DNA of 64,000 nucleotides from an uncultured Candidatus Saccharibacteria bacterium (GCA_963521715.1 CAUQVC010000001.1:6179-70178), one strand, 5' to 3'; positions 49,069-58,638 are shown, numbered from the stretch's first letter. Made by a program: numbers and translations. Notes: generated by a model from the sequence alone, not told the origin.

Positions 49069-51371
49069 TTGGGGCGACGACTACCGTAGAATTATCACCG
49101 ACAGGAATTGACGGTGATGGTTTTGATGTGTTTTCGTCATTGAGAGATAGTAGTGAGGGTGAGGATTTTTCGTCTGGCATTGACGAAGCGGTGACTGATG
49201 GTGTGAGTCAGTTTGACTTGGTGGCGGTGGCTAGCGGTAAAGCCGAGCTTGACGTTGCTATGTCTGATAACGACACAAAAGAATACTCTGCACCGATTGA
49301 TCCTGAGCTTTGTCGAAACTTTGGTACAGTGGCGTGTCTTGGTTGTGTCAATTTAGGGCTATGTCAAGATCGTCAAGCCGCAATGATGGAGAAAAATAAT
49401 GACCTTCAGCCCGAAGAGCAGCTGAGCACCTTGGAGCAATTACTCCGAGAGGACGAAGCGCCAGGTGAAATCGTTTGGGCGCAGGTGGTGCCAGAGACTG
49501 ATGAGGCTGGCAACTTGGGTCAAACTGAAGAGGTGTCAGAAGCAGCAAGTCCTAATGTGATGGAGGTGGCTCTGGATGGTGAAAATGTAACAGAGAAAGA
49601 CGACGGCTTCAAAGAGCAGACGAGCAATGTTCATGATGAGGAAGATTTTAAGGCAGTGGAGACTACCATTGAAGTTGTGAAGGATGCGGGAGTAGATGAT
49701 TATGCGGCAAAGCCACAAGTTATCAATCTTGTCCTTGATGAACCGGCTGAGATGAGCGAGCAACTAACACTGGAAGATACAATGGTTTTGCCAACGTCAA
49801 TGGCAGTTGAAGCTGAGCCAGTCGCGCCTGCTGTCAAGGATGTGAACAAGGTAAGTGACGATTTTGCCGATATGGTAGTGAGTGATATTCAAGCATCACC
49901 GCAGATTGAGGTAAAAGAACCAAAGTTAGTTGAGGTAATGGATACAGCTGACAGTTTGTCGCCAGTATCACCAGTTGAGGTGCCGTCAAGAGAAACGCTG
50001 CCACACACTACCATAGCCGATGACACGGGGGATGATGACAATAGCTATCGTATAATGAGTAAACCGGAAGAAAAGAGCGCACCGCCAGCTGCTGAGCAGG
50101 AACCCATCATCCAGATGTCGGACGCACCAGTTAATATGCTAGCAGAAGAGGTAAAATATGAAATACCTGCTAAAGAACTGGTTGCGGTGGAGGCGCCAAT
50201 GCCAGCAAAGAAGCAGCCTGATCAGCCGGTGGTCATGACGCCGCCAATTCAAGATTATGTTAAATATGGCGAGGAGGTGTCTTCTGTAGGTGAGGAGCCC
50301 GCGGTTGATCATAACTCAACACAATCTGTTGTTGTTGATATGCCAGTGGCGCACGAGGTGGTGGAAGTGGTACCGACGGAGAATGCCGCAATTGAGCCAG
50401 AAGCACTGACTCCAATTATTCCTGTCGAGACTATTGTTGATGAGGATGAACTTTGGACCGATCCACCGCAGGGTGGTAGTCAAGAACTGGTAGTGGATCA
50501 GACGGTTTATGAAACGCAGGCTTCCCTAGTCGAGCAGTTTGATGATGCGGTAATAGAAGAGAATTTTCATGTCAATGATGAAGAAGTCTGGGCCGAGGAG
50601 GATGTGGTATTCTTTGTTGAACAGTCGTCAGTGGCGGATCCAGAAGCGCCTTTGAATGAGGCAGTGACAACAGGCCCGTTAGCGGAAGCGATGATTATGA
50701 CAGGTGAAGAAATTGATGAGCCGGAAGTTTTTGTGGCTGATGAGGTTGAATCTACAGAGCCGTTGGATAATCTCCAGGTAGCATCAGTGTCTGAAATTAC
50801 CAAGGATGACTATGAGCCAGTGGAGCAACTCGTAGCCCCTGCTCTACCGACTATTAAATCGGCCCTTACCGTTGAGTCAAAGGAGGCGCCAGCGCAAGCA
50901 CTGGAAAAATATGGTTTGCCTCGTGAGAAACCGGCTGATGTGATTATGACAACATCGGGAGAAAACAACTTGTGGTGCGATGATGAAATTAAGACAGCGG
51001 TTATAGAGATTGGTGACGTAAGATCAGATGTTGAGCTGCCACCTGGAAGGCTGGAAGAGCCTGTTTCTGATGAAGAATTGACCGAGTCAGCAGAGCTCGA
51101 GCTAGATGAGCCCGATGAGTTAGCAACGGATGCTGCTTCTGACGAGTATAACTATAGCAGTGAAGTAAGCGTCGCGGACGAGGATTCCCTTATTATCAAA
51201 AACCATCCATCGCTGGGCTTGTGGATGGATGACAGTTGGCTGAATCCGGAAGACAGTAAAACCCCGACCACTGGTAGCGCCAGCGTCGTTTCATGGTTAA
51301 CGAAACTGGTTGGGGTGGTGGCAGTCTATGTTGTTTATAGTGGGCGAGAAAATAACCTGAGCCTAGGATAG
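49065..51371 (+). CDS. Very acidic low-complexity protein with N-terminal Cys4 motif and C-terminal hydrophobic segment
   Basis: 768-aa open frame, E/D/V/P-rich; CRNFGTVACLGCVNLGLC; ATGA-coupled to the upstream gene. Confidence 0.7.
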   Translation: MIGATTTVELSPTGIDGDGFDVFSSLRDSSEGEDFSSGIDEAVTDGVSQFDLVAVASGKAELDVAMSDNDTKEYSAPIDPELCRNFGTVACLGCVNLGLCQDRQAAMMEKNNDLQPEEQLSTLEQLLREDEAPGEIVWAQVVPETDEAGNLGQTEEVSEAASPNVMEVALDGENVTEKDDGFKEQTSNVHDEEDFKAVETTIEVVKDAGVDDYAAKPQVINLVLDEPAEMSEQLTLEDTMVLPTSMAVEAEPVAPAVKDVNKVSDDFADMVVSDIQASPQIEVKEPKLVEVMDTADSLSPVSPVEVPSRETLPHTTIADDTGDDDNSYRIMSKPEEKSAPPAAEQEPIIQMSDAPVNMLAEEVKYEIPAKELVAVEAPMPAKKQPDQPVVMTPPIQDYVKYGEEVSSVGEEPAVDHNSTQSVVVDMPVAHEVVEVVPTENAAIEPEALTPIIPVETIVDEDELWTDPPQGGSQELVVDQTVYETQASLVEQFDDAVIEENFHVNDEEVWAEEDVVFFVEQSSVADPEAPLNEAVTTGPLAEAMIMTGEEIDEPEVFVADEVESTEPLDNLQVASVSEITKDDYEPVEQLVAPALPTIKSALTVESKEAPAQALEKYGLPREKPADVIMTTSGENNLWCDDEIKTAVIEIGDVRSDVELPPGRLEEPVSDEELTESAELELDEPDELATDAASDEYNYSSEVSVADEDSLIIKNHPSLGLWMDDSWLNPEDSKTPTTGSASVVSWLTKLVGVVAVYVVYSGRENNLSLG

Positions 51372-51397
51372 ACATTGCACAAACCATAAGCTATAAT
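51369..51397 (+). promoter_or_regulatory. Sigma70-type promoter
   Basis: TAGACA-17 nt-TATAAT. Confidence 0.6.
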
Positions 51398-51456
51398 AAC
51401 AGTATATGGTCTGTGATTATGCACCGCCAGTCAATATGCCAATTATTTTAGTTTTC

Positions 51457-51479
51457 AAGCGCCCTTTGGGGCGTCTTTT
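51457..51479 (+). terminator. Terminator-like hairpin in the leader of the 51498 gene
   Basis: GCGCCC-tttg-GGGCGT followed by CTTTT. Confidence 0.6.
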
Positions 51480-51497
51480 GATTATAGGGAGGTCTAT

Positions 51498-51956
51498 ATG
51501 AAGGGTAATAAAAAAATTAACTTAAAAAAGATAGTATTGTGTTTATTTGTCGGCTTGATGGTCTTGGTTGGACTGGTAGCTTGTTTGGTATTGTGGCGAG
51601 GTAGTACGAAAGATATCGAGGCGGTGGCGGACAGTTTTAGGCCGCTTGATGGGTGGCAACAGACTAAGCATGAAATAGTACCCCCTAAAGCTATATGCTT
51701 AATGGGAAATTGCCCAGAAGTTTATAAAGCATGGGTATATAAAGATTTTATAAACTATGATGATATCAAGAAGTTTACTAATGACGATAAATTGCTGGAA
51801 ATAGAAGATAGGTGCAAGGATAAGAATCTTGATGTTTGTGAATTTAATGGAAAAAGAAATGGCTATCAGTATAGAATAAATGTTTCACGTCGTGATGACA
51901 TGACGAGCATAGGACTAACGGTAAGAGAAAGGGGTTTTATCGACAATATTCACTAA
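51498..51956 (+). CDS. Membrane-anchored Cys-containing hypothetical protein
   Basis: GGGAGG RBS; N-terminal TM; CLMGNCP and RC...VC; AT-rich. Confidence 0.7.
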   Translation: MKGNKKINLKKIVLCLFVGLMVLVGLVACLVLWRGSTKDIEAVADSFRPLDGWQQTKHEIVPPKAICLMGNCPEVYKAWVYKDFINYDDIKKFTNDDKLLEIEDRCKDKNLDVCEFNGKRNGYQYRINVSRRDDMTSIGLTVRERGFIDNIH

Positions 51957-52005
51957 ATAGCTCTTAGTATAAATTGTTAATTATTACGATGGGGTGGTAA
52001 TCTTT

Positions 52006-54162
52006 ATGAATAAGCGAGCTATAATAAGCTATACACTTGTAGCGGTTGTAATTGTCAACCTAATTGCTTTTAATATTAATGCTACGGCAGAGAACGTTAA
52101 TAATAAATGTACGATGGTTACGGGGATATTTGCTAGGGGCTCTGGTCAGGAGGTTGGTCAAGATAAAGGTGAAGCTGCACGATTTAGGAGTCAGTTATTG
52201 TCTAGGATTGGCGATAAATCCAAATTCAATTTCTACGAACTAGGCAGTGAAAGTTACGGTGGCAACCAGTACCCAGCGGTTAATGTCAGTGATCTTATGA
52301 ATGGCAACGCCATCGGCGCCAAGATGAGTGGTGGTATGAAACATGATTATGGCAAAAGTGTCGATCAAGGGGTCGCAGAATTGAACGCCTATTTAACTGC
52401 TCGCCACCGTAAATGTCCCAAAGAGTTTTTCATTTTGGGAGGTTACTCACAGGGTGCGCAGGTGGTTGGACAGACCTTGCCTGGCATATCATCTGACATC
52501 AAACAGAAGATAGTCTTTACGATGTTGTTCGGCGATCCTAAATTATATTTGCCAGAAGGTGAAGGTATCTTGCCGCCAGCGTGCTTTAAGAAAAAATTAT
52601 CAACCTATCGCCGGGAAATTGCTAATTGTTTTGTTGATAACGGTGCACTTGGTGCGCGAAAACCGTTTTTGCCAGACGAAGATAATGTAAAGACTGGACT
52701 ATGGTGTCTCGGTCATGATTATGTATGCGGCAGCTCAAAATTTGCTTGGGATACGGATGGACATGGTAAGTATGCTAATACCAATGGGCCAATCGATGAT
52801 GGTGTATTTGAGGCGGCTATTCGGTTAAATAAGGCTATTCAGTCTACTCCGCAAGACGGTCCAATAATCAATGACAAGCGTTCAAATAATAATATGGGCA
52901 CGACGGGAACTGACGTAGTGTTTGTTTTGGATACCACCGGGTCGATGCGTCCATATATTGATCAGATGAAAACATTTATCAGAAATTATAGCTCGAAGAT
53001 CAAAGAAATAAACGGACGAGTTGGATTGGTTGTGTATCGTGATGCTGGTGATGAATATACTGCTAAAAAATTATCAGATTTACAATCGGATACTACCGAC
53101 CTGCTTGCCAAACTTGATAGCGTTTCAGTTGATGGTGGCGGTGACACACCAGAGGCGGCATTGCACGCTAGTATGGTGGCCATGAATGAGATGAAATGGC
53201 AGAAGGGGGCGACGAAGGCGATAATTCTGTTGACTGATGCTGGCTATCACGAGCCGGATAAGGTTGACGGCTCAACCGTGGCGGCCGTAGCTAAACGCTC
53301 GCTGGAAATTGATCCAGTAAATGTATATCCGGTCGTGGAACATCATCTGGCGAGTTCGTACACAGATGTCGCTAAACAAACCTCGGGCCAAGTCGTTGTT
53401 AGTGGTGGCGAGAATGATACAATTGGCGCACTAACAAAAGCCTTAACTAAAATCAAGAATCGTCCAAACGCTAAGCTCAAAATTGGTGAATATTATGCGG
53501 ATATTGGCCAGGAAATTACTTTTGACGCCAGTGATTCGTACGTCGTTGACGGCAAGATCACAAAATACGAATGGGATTTTGATGGCGATGGTAAGATTGA
53601 CCAAACAACGACAAACCCAGTTGCTAGTCATGTTTATACTGCAAAATTTGATGGCATCATGCAGGTGAGAATGAGTGCTGATAACGACACGGTATCAAAC
53701 ATATCGGCACCCGTTAAAGTTGGCATCAAGCCTAATCGGCCTGTTGGCCCTGGAGCGCCTCAGGTTTCGGCAAAAATTATTGAGCGAGATGGCAATACGG
53801 CGACAATTCGGCTCAATTGGCAACCGGTTGATAATTTGTCTTCGCGCTGGCTGATTCGTCTGGATGACAATAATCTCGGCTGGGCGGTCGGTGAGCAGCG
53901 ACAACTTGACATCACTGATGTCGATATATCAAAAACCAGAACAATCACTGTGACAGGTATGAAAGCTGACGGGTATGTTGGTAAATCCACAACTGTACAG
54001 ATTGATAATAAGACGGCTCATTCTCAGACGGAGGATCCAGCTGCCAAGCAATGTCCATATAGCATCAAACTAGGCCCAATCACCATCGCTTGTCGTTATC
54101 AGAAAATAACGTTTGGCAAATGGTCGTTTCATTGGATGGTTTGGTATATCATTAGGGTATAA
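52006..54162 (+). CDS. Secreted cutinase-family esterase with vWA, PKD and FN3-like domains
   Basis: Signal peptide; C...IFARGSG, YPAV, CP...LGGYSQGA, LFGDP, C..HDYVC, H..Y; VFVLDTTGSM, GGGDTPE, ILLTDA; FDASDS..DG.I..YEWDFDGDG. Confidence 0.88.
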   Translation: MNKRAIISYTLVAVVIVNLIAFNINATAENVNNKCTMVTGIFARGSGQEVGQDKGEAARFRSQLLSRIGDKSKFNFYELGSESYGGNQYPAVNVSDLMNGNAIGAKMSGGMKHDYGKSVDQGVAELNAYLTARHRKCPKEFFILGGYSQGAQVVGQTLPGISSDIKQKIVFTMLFGDPKLYLPEGEGILPPACFKKKLSTYRREIANCFVDNGALGARKPFLPDEDNVKTGLWCLGHDYVCGSSKFAWDTDGHGKYANTNGPIDDGVFEAAIRLNKAIQSTPQDGPIINDKRSNNNMGTTGTDVVFVLDTTGSMRPYIDQMKTFIRNYSSKIKEINGRVGLVVYRDAGDEYTAKKLSDLQSDTTDLLAKLDSVSVDGGGDTPEAALHASMVAMNEMKWQKGATKAIILLTDAGYHEPDKVDGSTVAAVAKRSLEIDPVNVYPVVEHHLASSYTDVAKQTSGQVVVSGGENDTIGALTKALTKIKNRPNAKLKIGEYYADIGQEITFDASDSYVVDGKITKYEWDFDGDGKIDQTTTNPVASHVYTAKFDGIMQVRMSADNDTVSNISAPVKVGIKPNRPVGPGAPQVSAKIIERDGNTATIRLNWQPVDNLSSRWLIRLDDNNLGWAVGEQRQLDITDVDISKTRTITVTGMKADGYVGKSTTVQIDNKTAHSQTEDPAAKQCPYSIKLGPITIACRYQKITFGKWSFHWMVWYIIRV

Positions 54163-54190
54163 TTAGTAGTATGCAAGGAAGGTGCTGCTG

Positions 54191-55009
54191 ATGGAATTAT
54201 ACCAGCAAATGAGCTACAAGCTGGCAGAGCGATTAACGCGGCGGTATTCGACCTCGTTTTCGATGAGCAGTTGGCTGTTTGCTTCACACATTAGGCCGCA
54301 TATTTACGCAGTCTATGGCATGGTGCGGCTAGCGGATGAAATTGTCGACACGTACCGCGGCGATGATGCGATGGCTCAGCTAGACAACTTTGAATCAGTG
54401 GTTTACCAGGCGTGCAAGCAGGGCTATTCAACCAATCCAATCGTCCACGCCTTTGCCCTTACGGCCCGCAAGTACGGTATCGAACGGGAGTTAATTTCCC
54501 CTTTTTTTGCAAGCATGCGGATGGATATGACGACCGCCGAATACGATGAACCGACATACCGACGCTATATTTATGGCTCGGCGGAGGTGGTGGGGTTGAT
54601 GTGCCTCAAGGTATTTGTTGAAGGTGACGCGGCTCAGTATGAACAGCTGCGTGATGGTGCCAGCCACTTGGGTGCGGCCTACCAAAAAGTGAATTTTTTG
54701 CGTGACATGAAGGCAGATCACGAAGTTTTGGGGCGGATGTATTTTCCGGGCGTTGATTACCCGTCGTTTAGTGATGCCAGCAAGCGGACCATCGAAGCGG
54801 ATATTGCGGCAGATTTTGCCATAGCCAAAGCGAGTGTGCAGCAACTTCCGTCAACTGCCCGCCGAGCAGTGCATACCAGTGTAATATATTATGAAGCATT
54901 GTTTCAGCGGCTGCAGAATGCATCAGCTGCCGATCTTAAAGCGCGGCGCATTCGGGTGCCGAACAGTGTGAAGTCTGTACTATTCGCGCGAGGAGCGGTG
55001 GGATTATGA
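54191..55009 (+). CDS. crtB: Phytoene synthase
   Basis: YSTSFS, VRLADEIVD, YIYGSAEVVGLMC, QKVNFLRD, GRMYFP; ATG behind AAGGAAGG. Confidence 0.95.
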   Translation: MELYQQMSYKLAERLTRRYSTSFSMSSWLFASHIRPHIYAVYGMVRLADEIVDTYRGDDAMAQLDNFESVVYQACKQGYSTNPIVHAFALTARKYGIERELISPFFASMRMDMTTAEYDEPTYRRYIYGSAEVVGLMCLKVFVEGDAAQYEQLRDGASHLGAAYQKVNFLRDMKADHEVLGRMYFPGVDYPSFSDASKRTIEADIAADFAIAKASVQQLPSTARRAVHTSVIYYEALFQRLQNASAADLKARRIRVPNSVKSVLFARGAVGL

Positions 55010-56520
55010 AAAAGAAAGCGGTGATTATCGGCGCGGGATATGGCGGGTTGGCACTGGCAAATTTGCTGGCGAAAGCAGGGTACCAGGTGGCGGTATACGA
55101 GAAGAACCCGTCAGCCGGTGGTCGGATTCAAGTGGTCAAGCAAGATGGCTTTACCTTTGATCTTGGCCCGTCATGGTATTTGATGCCAGAGATTTTTGAG
55201 CAGTATTATCAATTGTTTGGTCGATCAGCCAAAACAGAGCTCGACTTGGTGCGATTTTCGCCAGGCTACAAAGTGTGGAGCGAAGGCTATGAGCCACTGA
55301 TCATTCAGGGTGATGTTGACAAAGACATGACAACCTTTGAAGCCATTGAGCCTGGTGCGGGTAAAAAATTGCAGCGCTATGTGGCACGCAGCAGCCAGGT
55401 ATATGAGGTGGCGGTGAAGCACGCGCTATATAACAATTTCACGCAGTTTAGTGATGTATTGCAGTGGCCGCTCCTGCGCCAACTACCAACCATGTTGCCA
55501 CTGGCGTGGCGAACACTGGACGCGCATGTTAGCCGCCGGTTTCGGAATCTTCGGCTCAAACAATTGCTGGAATATCATATGGTATTTTTAGGTTCCAGCC
55601 CGTTTCAAGCCCCGGCCGTCTACAGTCTGATGAGTCATCTCGATTTTCGTAGCGGTGTGTATTATCCGCGGCGTGGCATGTTGGAATTGGTGAACAGCAT
55701 GGAGCGGTTGGGAAAAAGTTTGGGTGTGAAATATCATTATAATTCGCCGGTAAAGCAGATTGTGCTGGATGGTCATCAGGCTACGGGTATTGAACTGATG
55801 AACGGCGAACACATTGCGGCTGACTTGGTAATTTCAGCAGCCGATATCCATCATACTGAAACCAAATTATTACCGCCAGCTGCTCGAAGCTACCCCGAAA
55901 AGTATTGGCAAAAACGCCAGCCGGGGCCAGGCGCGTTGCTGGTTTCACTGGGTGTCAAAGGGGGATTGTCGAATTTACAACATCATAATCTCTACTTTGT
56001 GAGAAACTGGCGTGAAAACTTTGCGGCGATTTATGAAACTGGCACTGTGCCAGAGCATGCCTCGCTCTACGTCTGCAACCCATCCAAGACCGATCCTGAC
56101 TTGGCGCCGCTAGGGCATGAGAATTTGTTTGTGCTGCTGCCACTGCCAGCGGGCGTGACGCTGACGCCAGAGCAAGAAGCAGCTTGCAAGGATAAGATAA
56201 TCCAGATTCTTGTTGAGATGACTGGCGAGCCAGATCTGCCTGAGCGAATTATCTCTCAGCTCATCTATAGTCCGCAGCAGTTTGGCGAGCAATTTAATGC
56301 CTGGCAATACAACGCTTTTGGTGGTGAATCTCACTTGCTCAGCCAAAGCGTTATATTCCGTACGCGTAATCGCAGTAAAAAAGTGCCAAATTTGTATTAT
56401 GTTGGTGCGGGAACATTGCCAGGAATCGGTCTGCCGATGTGCTTGATCAGTGCGCAGCTGACCTATAAGCGTATCACGGGAAACCGCCGTCGTGGACCGC
56501 TCACGAAGGAGGATATATGA
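55006..56520 (+). CDS. crtI: Phytoene desaturase
   Basis: IIGAGYGGL, FDLGPSWYLMP, NLYYVGA...PGIGLPMCLISA. Confidence 0.95.
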   Translation: MKKKAVIIGAGYGGLALANLLAKAGYQVAVYEKNPSAGGRIQVVKQDGFTFDLGPSWYLMPEIFEQYYQLFGRSAKTELDLVRFSPGYKVWSEGYEPLIIQGDVDKDMTTFEAIEPGAGKKLQRYVARSSQVYEVAVKHALYNNFTQFSDVLQWPLLRQLPTMLPLAWRTLDAHVSRRFRNLRLKQLLEYHMVFLGSSPFQAPAVYSLMSHLDFRSGVYYPRRGMLELVNSMERLGKSLGVKYHYNSPVKQIVLDGHQATGIELMNGEHIAADLVISAADIHHTETKLLPPAARSYPEKYWQKRQPGPGALLVSLGVKGGLSNLQHHNLYFVRNWRENFAAIYETGTVPEHASLYVCNPSKTDPDLAPLGHENLFVLLPLPAGVTLTPEQEAACKDKIIQILVEMTGEPDLPERIISQLIYSPQQFGEQFNAWQYNAFGGESHLLSQSVIFRTRNRSKKVPNLYYVGAGTLPGIGLPMCLISAQLTYKRITGNRRRGPLTKEDI

Positions 56521-56816
56521 GTTGGCTGTATTTAGCGGGAATTATGTTTAGTTTTGCGGGTATGGCAGTGCTGGATTGGCGGTATCGCCTGGTCTACTGG
56601 CATGATGCTCGCCGTACAGTACTGACCGTGCTCATTATGACCAGCGCGTTCATCGTGTGGGATATGTGTGGTATCTCGCTCGGCATCTTTCTCAGTGGAC
56701 ATTCGCCGTATATGTCGGGCGTGTATTTATTTCCAGAATTTCCGCTGGAAGAATTGTTCTTCTTGCTGTTTTTGAGTTATTTTAGCCTGGTAGTCTACCG
56801 GGCGGGAGTAAAGTGA
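56517..56816 (+). CDS. crtYe: Heterodimeric C50 carotenoid cyclase subunit
   Basis: WDMCGISLGIF, SPYMSG...PEFPLEELFF; ring type (Ye vs Yg vs LbtA) not determinable. Confidence 0.75.
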   Translation: MSWLYLAGIMFSFAGMAVLDWRYRLVYWHDARRTVLTVLIMTSAFIVWDMCGISLGIFLSGHSPYMSGVYLFPEFPLEELFFLLFLSYFSLVVYRAGVK

Positions 56817-57112
56817 TGGCGACATATATAGTACTCAATCTGCTGTTTTTGACGACAGTACTGGGTGTGCTGGCATGGCACAAATTATTAACATTTGGCC
56901 GTGCGGTGTGGGTGACGCTGGTGGTACTGCTGGTGACGACGATTGTGTTTGATTCACTGTTGATTCATCTTGGGATGTTTACCTATCCTGCAGATAAAAT
57001 TTTGGGCATACGTATAGGACTGGCACCGATTGAAGATTTGTTTTATGCACTCTTGGCGGGGTTGGCCGTGCCAGCGATTTGGAAGGGGTTAAATCGTGAA
57101 AGAAAAAATTAA
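56813..57112 (+). CDS. crtYf: Heterodimeric C50 carotenoid cyclase subunit
   Basis: TIVFDS..I..GMFTY...GIRIGLAPIEDLFY; ring type not determinable. Confidence 0.75.
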   Translation: MMATYIVLNLLFLTTVLGVLAWHKLLTFGRAVWVTLVVLLVTTIVFDSLLIHLGMFTYPADKILGIRIGLAPIEDLFYALLAGLAVPAIWKGLNRERKN

Positions 57113-57956
57113 CGTCTTATTTATGACCTCGCGACCGCTGTCGTGGGTGAATACGGCCTATCCGTTTGCGGCGGGCTATGTGGTCATGGGCGGAGCTATT
57201 GACGCACGGCTGATTATTGGTACGCTGTTTTTCCTCATCCCGTACAATTTGCTGATGTATGGTATCAATGATGTGTGCGACTATGAATCAGATATGCGAA
57301 ATCCCCGCAAGGGCGGTGTCGAAGGCGCTGTGACACCGCGGAAATATCATCGGTTGATCGTGTGGTCGGCGGTGTTGTCGTGCCTGCCGTTTGTGCTGGC
57401 GTTGGTGTTTCTAGGTAATTGGCAAAGTGCGTTGGTGTTAGCGGCGGTGTTGTTTTTTGTGGTGGCATATAGCGCGAAGGGGCTGCGGTTTAAGGAAGTG
57501 CCACTGCTGGATTCGGTGACTTCGAGTCTGCATTTTGTGGGTCCGCTGCTGTATGCCTATTCGTTGGTTGGCACGACGCAAGCGGGATGGTTGGTGGCTG
57601 TCGCATTTTTTTGCTGGGGTATGGCTAGTCAGGCGTTTGGTGCGGTGCAAGATATTGTGCCAGACCGCGAAGCCAAGATTCGCTCCATCGCCACGGTGTT
57701 TGGTGCGCGGTCGACCATCTGGTTAGCGATACTGTTGTACGCGGCGGCGGTCGGGTTGGTAGTGTGCCTGGGTGTGGCGGCATGGTCAGTGGCATCTGCA
57801 GGCAGCTTATATATCATCAATCTACTGCCGTTTGTGCGAATTCGTGATGAACGCTCGGCGGAGGCACGGACGGGCTGGCGACGTTTCTTGTGGCTGAACT
57901 ATGTCGCTGGGGCGGTGGTAACCGTGACGTTATTGATGAAGGTGTGGGGTGTGTGA
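57096..57956 (+). CDS. crtEb: Lycopene elongase (UbiA-family prenyltransferase)
   Basis: SRPLSWVNTAYPF, PYNLLMYGINDVCDYESD.RNPRKGGVEGA, LRFKE.PLLDS.TSS.HF, AFGAVQD..PDR, WRRFLWLNY. Confidence 0.9.
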   Translation: MKEKINVLFMTSRPLSWVNTAYPFAAGYVVMGGAIDARLIIGTLFFLIPYNLLMYGINDVCDYESDMRNPRKGGVEGAVTPRKYHRLIVWSAVLSCLPFVLALVFLGNWQSALVLAAVLFFVVAYSAKGLRFKEVPLLDSVTSSLHFVGPLLYAYSLVGTTQAGWLVAVAFFCWGMASQAFGAVQDIVPDREAKIRSIATVFGARSTIWLAILLYAAAVGLVVCLGVAAWSVASAGSLYIINLLPFVRIRDERSAEARTGWRRFLWLNYVAGAVVTVTLLMKVWGV

Positions 57957-58609
57957 TGAAAATGCAAGATCGCCGTCCCGATGATCGTCCCCGCGAGAAA
58001 CTAGCGCGTTACGGTACGGCGCGGCTGAGCGACTTGGAACTCTTGATGGCGATTATCGGCAGCGGTAATAAACAGGCGGATGTCGGTAAAATTGCGCGCG
58101 AAGTGCTGAAAATTTTGCGTCAAAAAGGCGGTGATGTCTCGTATGATGATCTACGCGGCATGGTTGGTTTGGGTGAAGCGAAAATTCCGGTGATTGTGGC
58201 AAGCTTGGAACTGGCGCGGCGGTACTTGCTAGATAGCGACCAGCCAGTCATTGACAGTCCGGAAAAAGCGGTTGAGCTACTGGCCGACATTCGCGACAAA
58301 AAGCAGGAATATTTTGTCTGCCTGACGCTGGACGGTGCGAATCGTTTGATCGCCAAGCGGGTGGTGACCATCGGCACGCTGACAGCCAGCCTGGTACACC
58401 CGCGCGAGGTCTTCGCCGACGCCATCGCCGACCGCGCCGCCAGTATCATTGTGGCGCATAATCATCAGAGCGGGAGTTTGGAGGCTAGTGAGGATGATAA
58501 AGAAGTAACGAATATGTTGGCAGAAGCGGGGAAATTGCTTGGCATTACGCTTAATGATCATATTATTGTTACGAAAACTGACTACAAAAGTCTGCTACAC
58601 TCAGAGTAA
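57956..58609 (+). CDS. radC: RadC/JAB-domain protein
   Basis: DRPREKL, LSDLELL, GLGEAK, VHPREVF, AHNHQSG...S..D, DHIIV. Confidence 0.93.
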   Translation: MKMQDRRPDDRPREKLARYGTARLSDLELLMAIIGSGNKQADVGKIAREVLKILRQKGGDVSYDDLRGMVGLGEAKIPVIVASLELARRYLLDSDQPVIDSPEKAVELLADIRDKKQEYFVCLTLDGANRLIAKRVVTIGTLTASLVHPREVFADAIADRAASIIVAHNHQSGSLEASEDDKEVTNMLAEAGKLLGITLNDHIIVTKTDYKSLLHSE

Positions 58610-58638
58610 GCGACTCCCAAATCTGATATAATCTATCT

